NCBI GenBank assembly: GCA_043228905.1
Contig: JBHGNT010000011.1
Span: 21,886,001-21,950,000 of the forward strand
Length of the DNA: 64,000 nucleotides
Direction: 5' to 3'
From: Azolla caroliniana
Lineage: Eukaryota; Plantae; Polypodiophyta
Part shown: piece by piece, positions 28,051-39,695 of the stretch
How positions within the stretch are numbered: position 1 is the first letter of the stretch
Layout: every line of letters starts with the position of its first letter
Notes under the pieces: generated by a model
Told to the model about the DNA's origin: nothing
The model's database searches: none
Seen by the model: only the letters and a program-made list of their open reading frames with translations
Made by a program: the position numbers and the translations under genes

Positions 28051-29439
28051 ATGCATTATTTGTGGTTTTCATAGGTCATCATGGCTAAAGCCATTGTAAT
28101 GTTTTAGCTTAATAATTTCCTCATGCATGCAGAATTCTACTAATGAAGAATATATTTTTTGGAAAAAAAATGTAAGCATTTACTTGCCATTCAGATGATT
28201 GTTGAGAGACATATGCCGTCACTATATGGGTCATTACCATTTATAGATCAAGGCCCTAATGCAAATTGATGATGTCAAGCAGACATTGGTATGAATGCAG
28301 AACCAACCGTGTCAATGGTTGCAAAACATCCGATCCCGAGACATGGAAAGGTGTTCAATGGCATGAGCAAGAATTAGGATCATCCGACAAGGTTGTTGAG
28401 GATTGTATGCAAAAGTTGGCAGATCTCTGGAAAAAGTTGTATGTTTAGATTGTCTCTCAACAACCAATGAAGTAGAAACAAGATCCGTAGGTCAGAAACA
28501 ACAAGTTGGTGCAAAAAACGGTGCCACTTTTGAAATCTCGCAAGAATTTATTGGCAACTCCCCAAACGCGACCGAAATATACACTGGAAGACTACAGAGA
28601 GGTGCTCGTTGTGTTAAGAGGTGGTTGCCAATATGTGAAACTAAGAATGTTCAGTGTTTGCATTGTGATATCTTGACAGAAATTGTGGATGTATCTTGTC
28701 ATCCTCTGAACAAGCGTCCTGATCTTTGAGTTTTTGTTTACATCCTATGATTTATAGGTTTGTAGTGTCAAGAGTTTGTATATGTGCGACTCCAATATTT
28801 TGATATTTGAACATGTATGACATGTGGACTTCAACCTGTGATTTTTGAAGTTTCTAGTCATCTTAGAAAAACCTGGTGGCTAAAATTTTCATTTTCATTT
28901 AAATTTGAGGAGGTTAGGTGTTTGCAATCATCCTTTATGCTTTGTTTACATTTGTGATTGAAAATTTGTGATCTTTGAAGCTATTTGTGACTTCAACATG
29001 CGATCTTTGAAGTTTCTAGTCTCTTGTTATGAACATTGGTGGTTACAATTTTATTTGTGGATGGGCCTATTGGTGGCTAAAATCGTTGACATTTTGTTTA
29101 CATTCAATGGTGGACCAAGTTGTTGGTCACTTTTTATATCTAAAACTCAGGAATTTTGTTTTCTAAAAGTGTTTTTGATATTTTTGGAGAATCTTAGAAC
29201 ATAAAAAAAGATCTATTCAGAAATTTCAACGAGGTTAGAGAAGGTAGTCGAGTTGGAAAATTGGTCTCAGGTAAGAGAAAAGCGACTGGGTTAGAAACTT
29301 TGTGCCAGGTTAGATGTGACAGAGGCTAGTTAGAGTCGGTGGTCAGAGCCGGGTTGGTTTTTGGACGCACACTTTTTTTTGGATAATGATAAGATGGTGA
29401 TTATCACACACGCATATCGAAACGTAACATTCTATTTCA

Positions 29440-29640
29440 TGCGAATGCGTATGTTATCAAAACATTCTTATGTTTTTTTTCTTTTACACTTTTTAATTAA
29501 CTTTCTTACCTTCAAATAAAATTGACCTTAAAATAAATAATGAATACAAAAGTATGGTATTTAGTATTTACCATACTTCGAGGGAGTTTAACATACTCGA
29601 ATGAACGTATGCTACGTATGGTTCATAGTATCATACTATG
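29440..29640. mobile_element. partial copy of MITE family B
   Basis: aaagtatggtattta is the reverse complement of taaataccatacttt (57538). The segment ends ...tatggttcatagtatcatactatg (rc CATAGTATGA, the family TIR). Confidence 0.55.
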
Positions 29641-29940
29641 ATTTGGTTACATACTCGAATGCATACTCGAATGTGGTATGTGGAATAGGACTACCTTATG
29701 TGTGTATGTATGTATGTAGTCATAAGGTTTCTGTGAAGGACCAAGTCTTCCCGTCCACAGAGTAAATATGTATGTATGTATATATGTATGTAGAAACGCA
29801 GGCCTATTTCGTATTCAATTCTTTCTTGCCTTCTTTCTTCTTCTTCTTCTTCCTTCTGTTCTTTCTTCCCTCCTTCTGCTATTCTTTTTTCTGCTTCTTA
29901 CAGATCGATACATCCATACGCACATACACACACGACAGAC

Positions 29941-32900
29941 ATGTTGGAACAGCTTCTCATCTTCACAAGAGGAGGATTGATCCTATGGACATACCAAGAG
30001 CTTGCAAGTGCTCTCAGAGGATCACCCATCGACGCCCTCATCAGATCTTGCCTTCTGGAAGAAAGGAATGCTTCTTCGTCTTTCCAACATGACGCTCCAG
30101 GATGTTCTTATACTCTGAAATGGACATATAACAACGATCTTGGTCTTGTCTTTGTTGCTGTTTACAGAAAGATTCTTCACCTTTTGTACGTTGACGAGCT
30201 CCTCGAATCAGTGAAACGTGAGTTTTCTCCTCTCTTTAACCCTAAACGAACAGATTTCGCGTCAGATTTCGATGATACTTTCAGACAGCTTCTCCTGGAA
30301 GCAGAAGCCAGATCTGATGAGCTCCGTAGCAAGAGTAAACAGATGAATTTATCTTCTGATCATGGAGGTAAGCAAAAGATTGGGTCTTCTTCCAGAGGAA
30401 ATGGTAAAGCGGGGAAGAATTCATCAAGTAAGCAGCAAAATGGATCTTCAGAGGGAGAAAATGGAGGTGAAAATGAAGGTTTGCATCGCAGGAATGGATA
30501 TGATCAGAAGAATCATAACCAAAGTAATGGTGTTGGTAAGAATTCTGATAAAAAAGCCTCTATCAATGGAGGAAATGGCCATAGCCATGGCCATGGACAT
30601 AGTAGCAGCGATGAAGATCAGAAAGTCATCGAATCTGCTTTCAATGTAGATAAGCTTCACAAACTTAAGTCTAAAGGAGGAAAAAAAGGGTCAAAATCGA
30701 ACCCTATAGTAACTAACAACAATGTAGAAGAAACTGGTGTAAAGAAGACAGTGAAGAAAAATAGGGTTTGGGATGATGCTCCGGCCAAGAATTTGGATCA
30801 TTCTGAGCCGCTGGATTCGTTTTCAAGAGAGGCTCAAGATGCCGTTTTAGCTGATCAAGGATTAAGCCTAATGGATGCTGTGGAAGATGATGATGAATCT
30901 GATCTTGAGGTTGATGAGGAAGTAGAGAATACTCCTAAGCAGAAAGAGAATGTAAAGAAAAAAGGATGGTTTTCCTCGTTCATTCAAAGGTTTTTTGCTA
31001 GCTGCTTCTTTCCTTACAGTATTTGAAATTCCATTTCGGATTCTCGCAATTTTTTTGCATGATTGGTCTGATATGAGTTACTTTTTTCCATGAAGTGTTG
31101 CTGGGAAGGCTGTAATTGACAAGGAAGATCTAGCACCAGCACTGAAAGCCCTTAAAGAACGTCTTATGATGAAGAATGTGGTATGTGGAATAGGACTACC
31201 TTTCATGTGATGCCTGTGTTATTGTATATGCATATTTTTGTGTGTGCATGTATTTGTGGTATATATGTATGTATTTTTGTGTGTGTATGTACATAAATAT
31301 GCACGTATAATCTATATTTGTTATGCACACGTGTACAAAATATATGTCATCCATTGCATTTGTGTGTGTATGTATTTGTGGTATATATGTATGTATTTTT
31401 GTGTGTGCATGTATATATATGTGTGTATAAATGTACATAAATATGCAAGTATAATCTATATTTTTTATGCACACGTGTACAAAATATATGTCATCCAATG
31501 CATAACATACATACATACATATGTGTGCAATATATACCGTGTACATACAGACATATATATAATATATATTGTAATTGTATATTTACATATTCATATACGT
31601 ATATATACACACACACATATGTGTGTGTGTATGTGCATGTCGAAAAGTAAGGTTTCTCTGTGATCTCTTTTTCGAAAGATCAGAGAATCAGCTTTTGTCC
31701 AAGCATATAAATATAATTTTTTGAGGAAGATCAATAATACTTTTTTACTTCTGAGTATCAAAAGCCAATTTGGTCACGAATTTTTGATATCAAAATGATT
31801 CCATGAATTTGTGAATGGTCTCTTTTAGGCTGAGGAAATCTCAGAAGAGTTGTGCAGCTCTGTGGCTGCCAGTCTAGTCGGGAAAAAATTGGGCTCATTC
31901 ACAAGGATTTCTTCTACTGTGAAGGTAAATTATCAATCACAATAAAGCATGGCTATAATTCTGTATACAAAATATACATGAAGCCTTAATTGTAGTCCTG
32001 GGTTTCTCTCTTTTCTCTAATATATTATAAATGGCAAATCATATATACAGACTGCTATGGAAGAAGCATTGGTTAGAATTCTCACTCCAAAACGATCTAT
32101 TGATATTCTGCGTGATGTTCATTCTGCAAAAGAACAAGGTCGCCCTTATGTTGTGGTATTTTGTGGTGTGAACGGGGTCGGAAAGTCAACCAATCTTGCA
32201 AAGGTTTCCTTTTTTCTAATTCAAATAAGAGAAACTATCATACTGCCTAATTTACAACTACATAAGCATGTCTGGTAAATTTTGAAGACTGTAGGGTATT
32301 CTAGTAACTACTCTAGCAGTGGAGAATATTTTCGTGGTGTTTCTACGATCAGATAAATGAACTAATGTAAATTTTACGTTTTTTGAATTGGAAAAAACCA
32401 ACTGATGTAAAATTTATTTCATTTTTAATTGAAAGAAACCAACCTTTTTTGTAAAATAAATGAAGGTACTAACAAATCTCATAAACTTCTCCTTTCCTTG
32501 AATTATAATAAACCAACATTCTGGAAAAAAATGTAGTTAAAGAGTCATTATATCACAATACTAATAGAATCTATCATCAGGTAGCATACTGGTTGATGCA
32601 GCACAATATTAGTGTTATGATGGCAGCATGTGATACTTTTCGTTCTGGTGCTGTGGAACAACTCAGGACTCATGCAAACCGCTTGCAGGTAATGCTTACT
32701 TGTGGCAATATTGGCTCTGTTAGCTCAGAAATACCCCTGATTTTCATTAAATTTCCCAAAACCCTTAAGTTTTGTTATTTCACTAACGCCAGCTAAAAAG
32801 GAGATGAATTAAAAGTATACTTGCTCAAATAACACACGTAGTTGACGAAAGGTAATGAATTGAGTTTACAATTGCTCAAGAAAGAGGTTGACCAAGGGCC

Positions 32901-33937
32901 TTTGGGAAATAACAAAGATATAGGGTAGCTTGGCAAAATATTAAAAACTCACTATTTCAGTTTTGGTAACTTTTTCTTATTACTTAAAATATTAACCGAA
33001 TTAATAAAAAATTGTCTCAGATAAGCCTTTTTCAACGAGGCTATGAAAAGGATCCTGCACTAGTTGCAAAAGAAGCAATACGTGAGGCAACACACAACAA
33101 AATCGATGTGGTACTCGTTGATACTGCTGGCCGGATGCAGGTATTTGTGAATTCCCAAAACTATCCAATTTTGGTACTTAAGCAAAGACAATGCATTTTT
33201 TTGCTTAATTCACACATCTGTTTGATCAATCTGAGCAGATTATTGAACTCTTTTATTTGTGGTTTTGCTGTGTAATCCTTACTTACCATATGTACGGTAC
33301 GAAACAGGATAATGAACCATTAATGAGAGCTTTGGCGAAACTTGTGCATATGAACAGCCCTGATCTTGTGCTTTTTGTTGGAGAAGCCTTAGTTGGGAAT
33401 GATGGAGTTGATCAGCTTATGAAATTCAATCAAGTAAGCCTATTACCTTGTTTTTGTTTCCACTTGGCTTTATAGTTTGATGACCATTGGACTCACCAAC
33501 GGGTGCTGAGGTTATGTTGGATTTTTTACAGAAACTCATTGATATGTCGGTATCATCTCTTCCAAGAACCATTGATGGTATTCTGCTGACCAAGTTCGAT
33601 ACTGTTGATGACAAGGTTCTTCATTTTTCTTTAATCATTCAATCTAAAATATTACGTCAGTATATCTATACCATGCCCTGTAGTTGTAAAATATGGATCA
33701 ATATCATAATTTAGATATCTTTATCTGATTATATAATGAAACACAGACAAATAGCATAATTTAGATGCTTAAGACTTCATCTTACTTATATATAATTTCT
33801 TTCTTTTTCAGGTTGGTGCCGCCCTATCCATGGTTTATAAATCTGGTGCGCCAATAATGTTTCTTGGGTGTGGCCAAACATACACTGATTTAAAGAAGCT
33901 GAATGTGAAGGCAATCATAAAATCTCTTCTTGATTAG
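29941..33937 (+). CDS. SRPRA: signal recognition particle receptor alpha subunit (SR-alpha), 9 exons, 648 aa
   Basis: Exons 29941-30989, 31096-31180, 31829-31924, 32051-32203, 32581-32688, 33021-33140, 33308-33433, 33532-33615, 33812-33937; all GT-AG and summing to 1947 nt in frame. Longin N-terminus [16 protein letters not shown]; SRP-GTPase motifs [29 protein letters not shown]. Confidence 0.97.
31205..31640. repeat. TA/TG-rich low-complexity region with ~130-bp duplication in SR-alpha intron 2
   Basis: gtacataaatatgca..tataatctata..ttatgcacacgtgtacaaaatatatgtcatcca occurs twice. Confidence 0.8.
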
Positions 33938-35619
33938 TGTTAGCTATTTTTGCTCATCTCATCCCTTTATAGTAGGATTTGTGTGGTTTCACACATGTAT
34001 TTGCGTGCATGTGTATGCATAATACCCAGACTTAGTAAGCCATCCATTAAAAGTGAATAACATGCTTTGTGCATAGTTAGACTGTTTGAAGTTTGCTGTC
34101 AAAACTTGAAACATGTTGTGCTTGTGCAATATTTGCAACAATAATTGTCCCATTTGTAAAGTTTGTAAGACCTTTTCATTTTGCCATAAAGATTGGAACA
34201 ATGTTTATGCTTTATTTGATGTTTGCAGCAATAATTGTCCTGTGTAAAGTCTGTATAACATTCAAATGTAGAAACTTTACCAAGCATTTGCAAGCTGATA
34301 GAGTTCCACGCTGTAAAATCAATCATCAGAGTAGAATATGTGCACAAAAAGGATCGAAGTTTCAATTTATGCTATGTTGGAATGCTATTGTGATAATTTA
34401 CATACTGTGGATCGGAGGTAAATTCATAATTGGATCTATTGAATGGCGGTACCAGTCAAAATTGAATGGCGGATCTTTTGTAACTGTAACAATATGCATT
34501 TAGAAGCACTTAAAGTATAAATCTTTGTATTCTGGTTGTTGCATCATGATGTTTATTGTTTAATCTTGCTTGTCTCTCTCTTTCTCTAGTCTAGAGTGAA
34601 GTTGGTCCATGTGCGTTACAAATATGAATAGGCTGACATCACACTAGAAATGGGCGTCCTCAACAAAGATGATAATGATTTTAGTGTAGTAGGTGGTGTC
34701 ATAGTTGGGTAATAATTCTTGAAATAATTCTATTTTCAAGTAATTATTAGTGATTCCCAAGTCACACTTACAAATACAAATGTGAACCATGGTAAGGGAT
34801 GATAGACGGGAGAGAATGAGATTAGTAATGTCCATATGAGACCAAGTACAATCTATGCAATGGCGTAGGTCCTAAGTGAAGATCAAACTTGAGTTCTTTT
34901 AATTTTATGGTTATGATGAACCACCTTATCAACATCAAGAGGGCAAGAGAAGAGATAGTCAGATTTCTTGGATTTCATAAAGTTTTCATAAAAATATGAG
35001 ATGGATGATATTAAAAATTTGAAAATAGTAAGCATATTCTCAAATTTTTGTGCACACTCATAGTTATGTAGGTAAACTCCTTTCAGCATCTTTCAATTAC
35101 TTAATAGAGAACAATTCTTACTAGTGAGTCAGTGGCCTCACATTACGTTCCACTTCTCCAACACCGTGCCTTTTATCCCATTAGTGATCATTCACAAGTG
35201 TGGATATGTTACCAACTTGAGTTGGTCACAGATTCACAACTTTGGATGACAAATTGCCTGATTAACATTCAGTTATAATATATGTTTTCAACCTTTGGTT
35301 GCAAGAAATGCTAACACGTAAGGCCACAATGTTGGGTGAAATCTATTAATGTGGGTGACTAAATAGAAAATGTAAGGAGTGTTTTTATAGTGAACATTAC
35401 CTCAACACGTAAGCATGGACAACTTTTTAAGTTAACATGGTTTCAAAAATAAACATAAAAATTGTTTCGTAGAAGACCACTTTAAGTGATTGCTTGAGAC
35501 TTGAGCCCACAACCTAAAGGTTGCAAAACAACATTACCATCCTATCACGTTTTGTAGATAATACTGGATCAAATTGGCTTTTGAAGGATGAATATAACCA
35601 ATAATTTGTCATGTCTTGT

Positions 35620-36000
35620 CAATGGCACGTTGATGTAGAGATATGTGCTATGCATATACCATGTTGATAAATAAATATGTGGGCCAGGTGATGTTAGATA
35701 GTGGATAATCTTGGTAGCATGTGTGAACTTTGTTTGATGAAGGTTGACTATAAATATATGTGCCCCCCCCCCCCCCCCCCCCCCACAAACACACACACGC
35801 ACACACACACAAGGATAAATATATGGGCAAGTCAAGTTAGATAGCCAAGAACCTTGGTAGCGTGCATGTATGAACTCTGTTTGATGACAATTGAATATAA
35901 ATATGTATACCATCCTGGACAATGTAGAACCTTGCTAACATATGTGGACTCTTGTGCGATAACAATTGAATAGAAATAGGTCCATCCGATCATATTGGAC
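35620..36000. repeat. degenerate tandem repeat with a C22 homopolymer (35763-35784)
   Basis: gttagatag..cttggtagc.tg..tgaact.tgtttgatga..ttga.tataaatat recurs around the poly-C and (CA)n tract. Confidence 0.7.
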
Positions 36001-36303
36001 AATCAAGATCCAAAGGAACAAGTGAATATGTTATGACAGGTAGTGTAGAATAGAAGTAAAACTAAAGGGTTTCGAGTACATATATGTAAAAAACGCGTGC
36101 TCAATCACATATCGTGGTGGTACGAATGATTGATCGTCCCATGACCATCCATCCATCCCTCTAATATGGTGTCAATGCAGACCGTGTGAACATACATGTG
36201 GGCGATGTGTCATAGATCATATATGTTCACATTGAGAGAAAAGAAGAGAAAGATAGAGTAGAGAGAAGAAGAAGGAGAAGAAGAAGAAGAAGGAGAAGAG
36301 CTT

Positions 36304-39300
36304 ATGGATAGGGCTCTTGGGCGATCAGTCTTTCTCAACGTCAAAGCAGGAGGTTTCACATCTGCAGTGTCTGTTCCTCGTTTCCTCTCTCTTCCTTCAT
36401 CAGAGCTTCTTCGAAGAAGAAGTAGAAATGGCTTCGGATCCGCCAATGCTCCTCCCTCTCTGCAACTATTGCATACTTTCCAGGTATCCATCGTTAAATC
36501 TTAGTTCAGACCGCGAAAATATATTTCTCTCCAGATGAAATGTTTCTCATCATTGTGGTATGTATGTATATTTTATTTTAGAGTTGTCTGAGAACATGTC
36601 ATAACAGGGCTTTGCTTCAAAGAGCATTATATCACGAATGCTTGCACTCCGTTTTCGACCTCATTTGATCTCTTGTAGGTTGTAGTACTTATAAGATTTT
36701 GTGGTGCAACTTTTGACAATTGTGGCAATTAAATCATGACTTTTATCTTAATGTTCCCTTTTTGGTTGCAGCATATATCATGTCCTTGGTGCATATGGTA
36801 GCTAAATTATGAAGACAGATTTGAATACACATGAACCAATATTTGGTCCAATGTTTGAGAATTGTGGATAAAGTATGATCTTAGGGCCATAGCTTCATTG
36901 TTATTTTTTCCATCTTGGTGGCTCATAAAACATGTCCTCTAGTTTAAGAAACAATCAGTGGCTATATTTTTGAATCATTGATTGGAGATTGTGCAGCAAA
37001 CTTTGGACAACAATATGATCCAGGGTTCATGGCAATGTTATTATACCCCTAATACATCCTTGATACAATCTGGTGTTATATAATCATGATGGGTTGGAAT
37101 ACACATGATCAATTTATTAGAATGTTTGGGGCAATGTTCAGGATATACAACTATAAACATAATTTCTCATCATATTATATTTCCCGTTTCATGGAATTCA
37201 TATAGCATTTCCTTCATACAATTAGTAGCCATATAATCCATGACATGTTTATCTGAATACACCCAAACCATCAACCGGAAATTGCAGTGCAGTGTTTTAT
37301 CAATTTGTGGTTACACAGTGATCAAGGGTTTGTTATTATATTCACCTTTGATAGCACTGATTTTCCTTGATGCAGTCGGTGGCTATATTATTGAGATGGA
37401 TTTGAATACACATGCACCAATTATTAGAATTCTTAATGCATAGTTTTGTGCTACAGAGTTTGTGAATGGTGGCTATAAGGTTTTCTTAATTCTCCTTTTG
37501 GTGGCACTTGTATAACATGCTATTGATGCAGTCAGTAACATGTTATTGACGCAGTCAGTAGCTACATTATTGGCATGGATTTGAACACTCATGAACCGTT
37601 GATAGAATTTTCGGTACAAAGTTTGAGAATTGTGATCCTGGAACTTTCTTTCTGTATATAGTTTATGTTGATATGTATTGTGTATACATTATCGAGATGG
37701 CTTTGAGGATATCAGACAAGTTGATTGAATTGGTGGTACAATTTTTGGGATTTGTAACTACCAACAGATTATCCTGGGTCCTGGACCTGTCATCATATTC
37801 ATTTATTGGTGACACTCATGTAACATATCCTTGATACAATATGTAGCTATATTGTTGAGACAGATTGAAATATACTCATGAATCATGGATGTATGCAGTT
37901 TGTGAGCAACTTCATGTCTTTGTTGTTATATTCATCTATTGGTGGCACCCATATAATATGAACTTGATGTAATTGATGAAAATATTAGTTGATGAGAAGA
38001 AGGTAATCTGATGACACAAAACACAATGAATAAGAAAGATACAGTATAGTCAATTCGGAAACTCCCAGAAACAGAATAAGTGATTAAGAGTGCAAAACTG
38101 ATCAATGGGAGAAAAACTCTCACCTACAGATGACTAATAAAGAAGAGGACAGAGGAATGACACTGGATAGTGGCTGAATTGAAAAAGAGAGTTAATAAAG
38201 CTGAAAACAGAGATATACGTAAGTGTAAGAAGGATAATGCTCTATTTATATAGCTATACCTGTAATATTTACAAAACTCTCTACAAAACGTTTTCCTCAT
38301 TTGTCTGAAAATGAAGGTGTGGATTTATTGGTCATGGCATGCCCACTGACGTGGCAGCAGGGTTGCTAGCAGTCAGTAGCTAAATTTATCAAGAGGGATT
38401 TTAATATAAATATGAACCAAATCCTTTTGTTGGTGGCCATCTGAAAGCTGGATTTTCCGGTTTCCAGATACATGCTGGACGAGATGCTTCAGCCGATGGA
38501 GTAAAGTGGTGGCAGAAAGGGGATGAACCCAACTTGCGAGATATCCATTCTACACAAGAGTTCCTTGATGCACTTTCGAATGCTGGAGAAAAGTTGGTGG
38601 TTGTGGAATTTTTCGCAACTTGGTGCGGGTCTTGTAGGGCTCTATATCCAAAGGTAGGGTTTTGTGGTTCTGGATAAAGTTCCTTTTGGCATATGCATTT
38701 TGTATGCATATTTATATGTATTGTATATGTAACTGTATAGACATGTATGTGTGTGTGCGTGATTATTTTATTTCTTTTTTTAATCTTAGTTCTTCTGTAG
38801 CTATGTCAACTTGCATCTGATCATCCCGAAGTGGAGTTTATCAAAGTTGATTTTGATGAGAACAAGCCCATGTGCAAGAGTCTCAATGTGAAGTTTCTAC
38901 CTTACTTCCACTTCTACCGGGGAGCAGAGGGGAAATTGGATTCCTTTTCCTGCTCTTTGTCAAAGGTTAGTAAAGTCTTGAAGATTTTATCATTCATCAT
39001 TTACATGGTTTCAGAGTTTTTATTATTTAAGTTAATTAATTTTCTTGATTATAAATTATGCCTTCAATGTTAATGCATGCAGTGTTGTAAAGAACAATAA
39101 GAATCTATGTATGCATTTTGAGCAATGAATAGAAGAGAAACTTCTATCTTTGAACATTTGGGAGATTAGATTTTCAGATATCTCACCTTGAAGTTGAGGT
39201 TTCCTTTAGGATTCAGGATGAGGAGAGATAGAGCTCAAATACATCTCTGCATATCAGTCTTTTCCAATTCTCTCTTTCCTCACCACTCTGTGTCTCTCTC

Positions 39301-39695
39301 TAACTCTAACTCATTAGCTACACAAACACAAAGTGGTTGGATTCACACTATCTCTGTCTCCCTCTAAACATAGGAGATGTAAGAGGGCGAAAACCTACCG
39401 CACATAAATATACATAGCCATACATATTACAAGCGTACAAATATGCATAAGAGAATAGGATAAATAGTCCATATATTAGTGTAAGAAATTTTAATTGTGT
39501 TAATGGTGTATTGTTTTTATTAAAGAAATTCAAGAGTGTTTAATGCCTTATTTATATGCTGTTTTTTGGCAGCTTGCAAAGCTCAAAGAAGCCATTGAAA
39601 GACATAATACTGACCGATGTAGCCTTGGACCACCTGTGGGACTAGGAGAAGATGCGAAACTCCTAGGCATTACCTCTAGTGGAAGTGCAGTGTAG
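36304..39695 (+). CDS. ACHT: chloroplast atypical Cys/His-rich thioredoxin (ACHT / Lilium-type Trx-like 2), 4 exons, ~217 aa
   Basis: Exons 36304-36483 (S/R-rich transit-peptide-like), 38468-38653, 38801-38965, 39573-39695; all phase 0, [20 protein letters not shown], active site [20 protein letters not shown] and RCSLGPP match the ACHT1/2 group. Confidence 0.92.
36700..37970. repeat. degenerate ~180-300-bp tandem repeat filling ACHT intron 1
   Basis: ggatttgaatacacatgaacc-like cores at ~36817, 37090, 37397, 37577 and 37862, each preceded by cttgat(g/a)ca(g/a)t..gtagcta. Confidence 0.7.
37974..38368 (-). mobile_element. possible solo LTR interrupting one intron-repeat unit
   Basis: A ~395-bp segment splits the repeat unit (..cttgat|gcagtcagtagc). 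It has TG...TA ends, flanks GTAAT/GCAGT (two transitions apart), and CTATATAAATAG on the minus strand. Confidence 0.35.

Larger units (their letters stand above)
19168..28170 (+). mobile_element. L1-clade LINE insertion (~9.0 kb including nested MITE and 2.3-kb 3' extension)
   Basis: TSD (aaa)tgtaagcatttacttg at 19149/19152-19167 and 28168/28171-28186. A8 tail at 28163-28170 preceded by AATGAA (28142-28147). Contains ORF1 and ORF2. Confidence 0.88.
18062..29425. mobile_element. putative old TIR DNA transposon (superfamily unresolved) hosting the LINE
   Basis: acgttttgaaagatgtgtgtgatttgcaccatcaaatctttatccacaaaaaagtg at 18062 aligns with the reverse complement of 29370-29425 (about 44/56 by eye). 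Both arms also share tgtcacatctaac and ttttccaac(c/t)cga and have (c/t)aaccc(g) subterminal repeats. No TSD found. Confidence 0.6.

Noticed and set aside
31196-31663. ORFs of 116 and 141 aa in SR-alpha intron 2
   Set aside because: They come from TA/TG low-complexity sequence.
36428-36483. Alternative ACHT start MASDPPMLL
   Set aside because: It ends in phase 2 at the donor, whereas exon 2 needs phase 0. The ATG at 36304 fits and gives a transit-peptide-like sequence.
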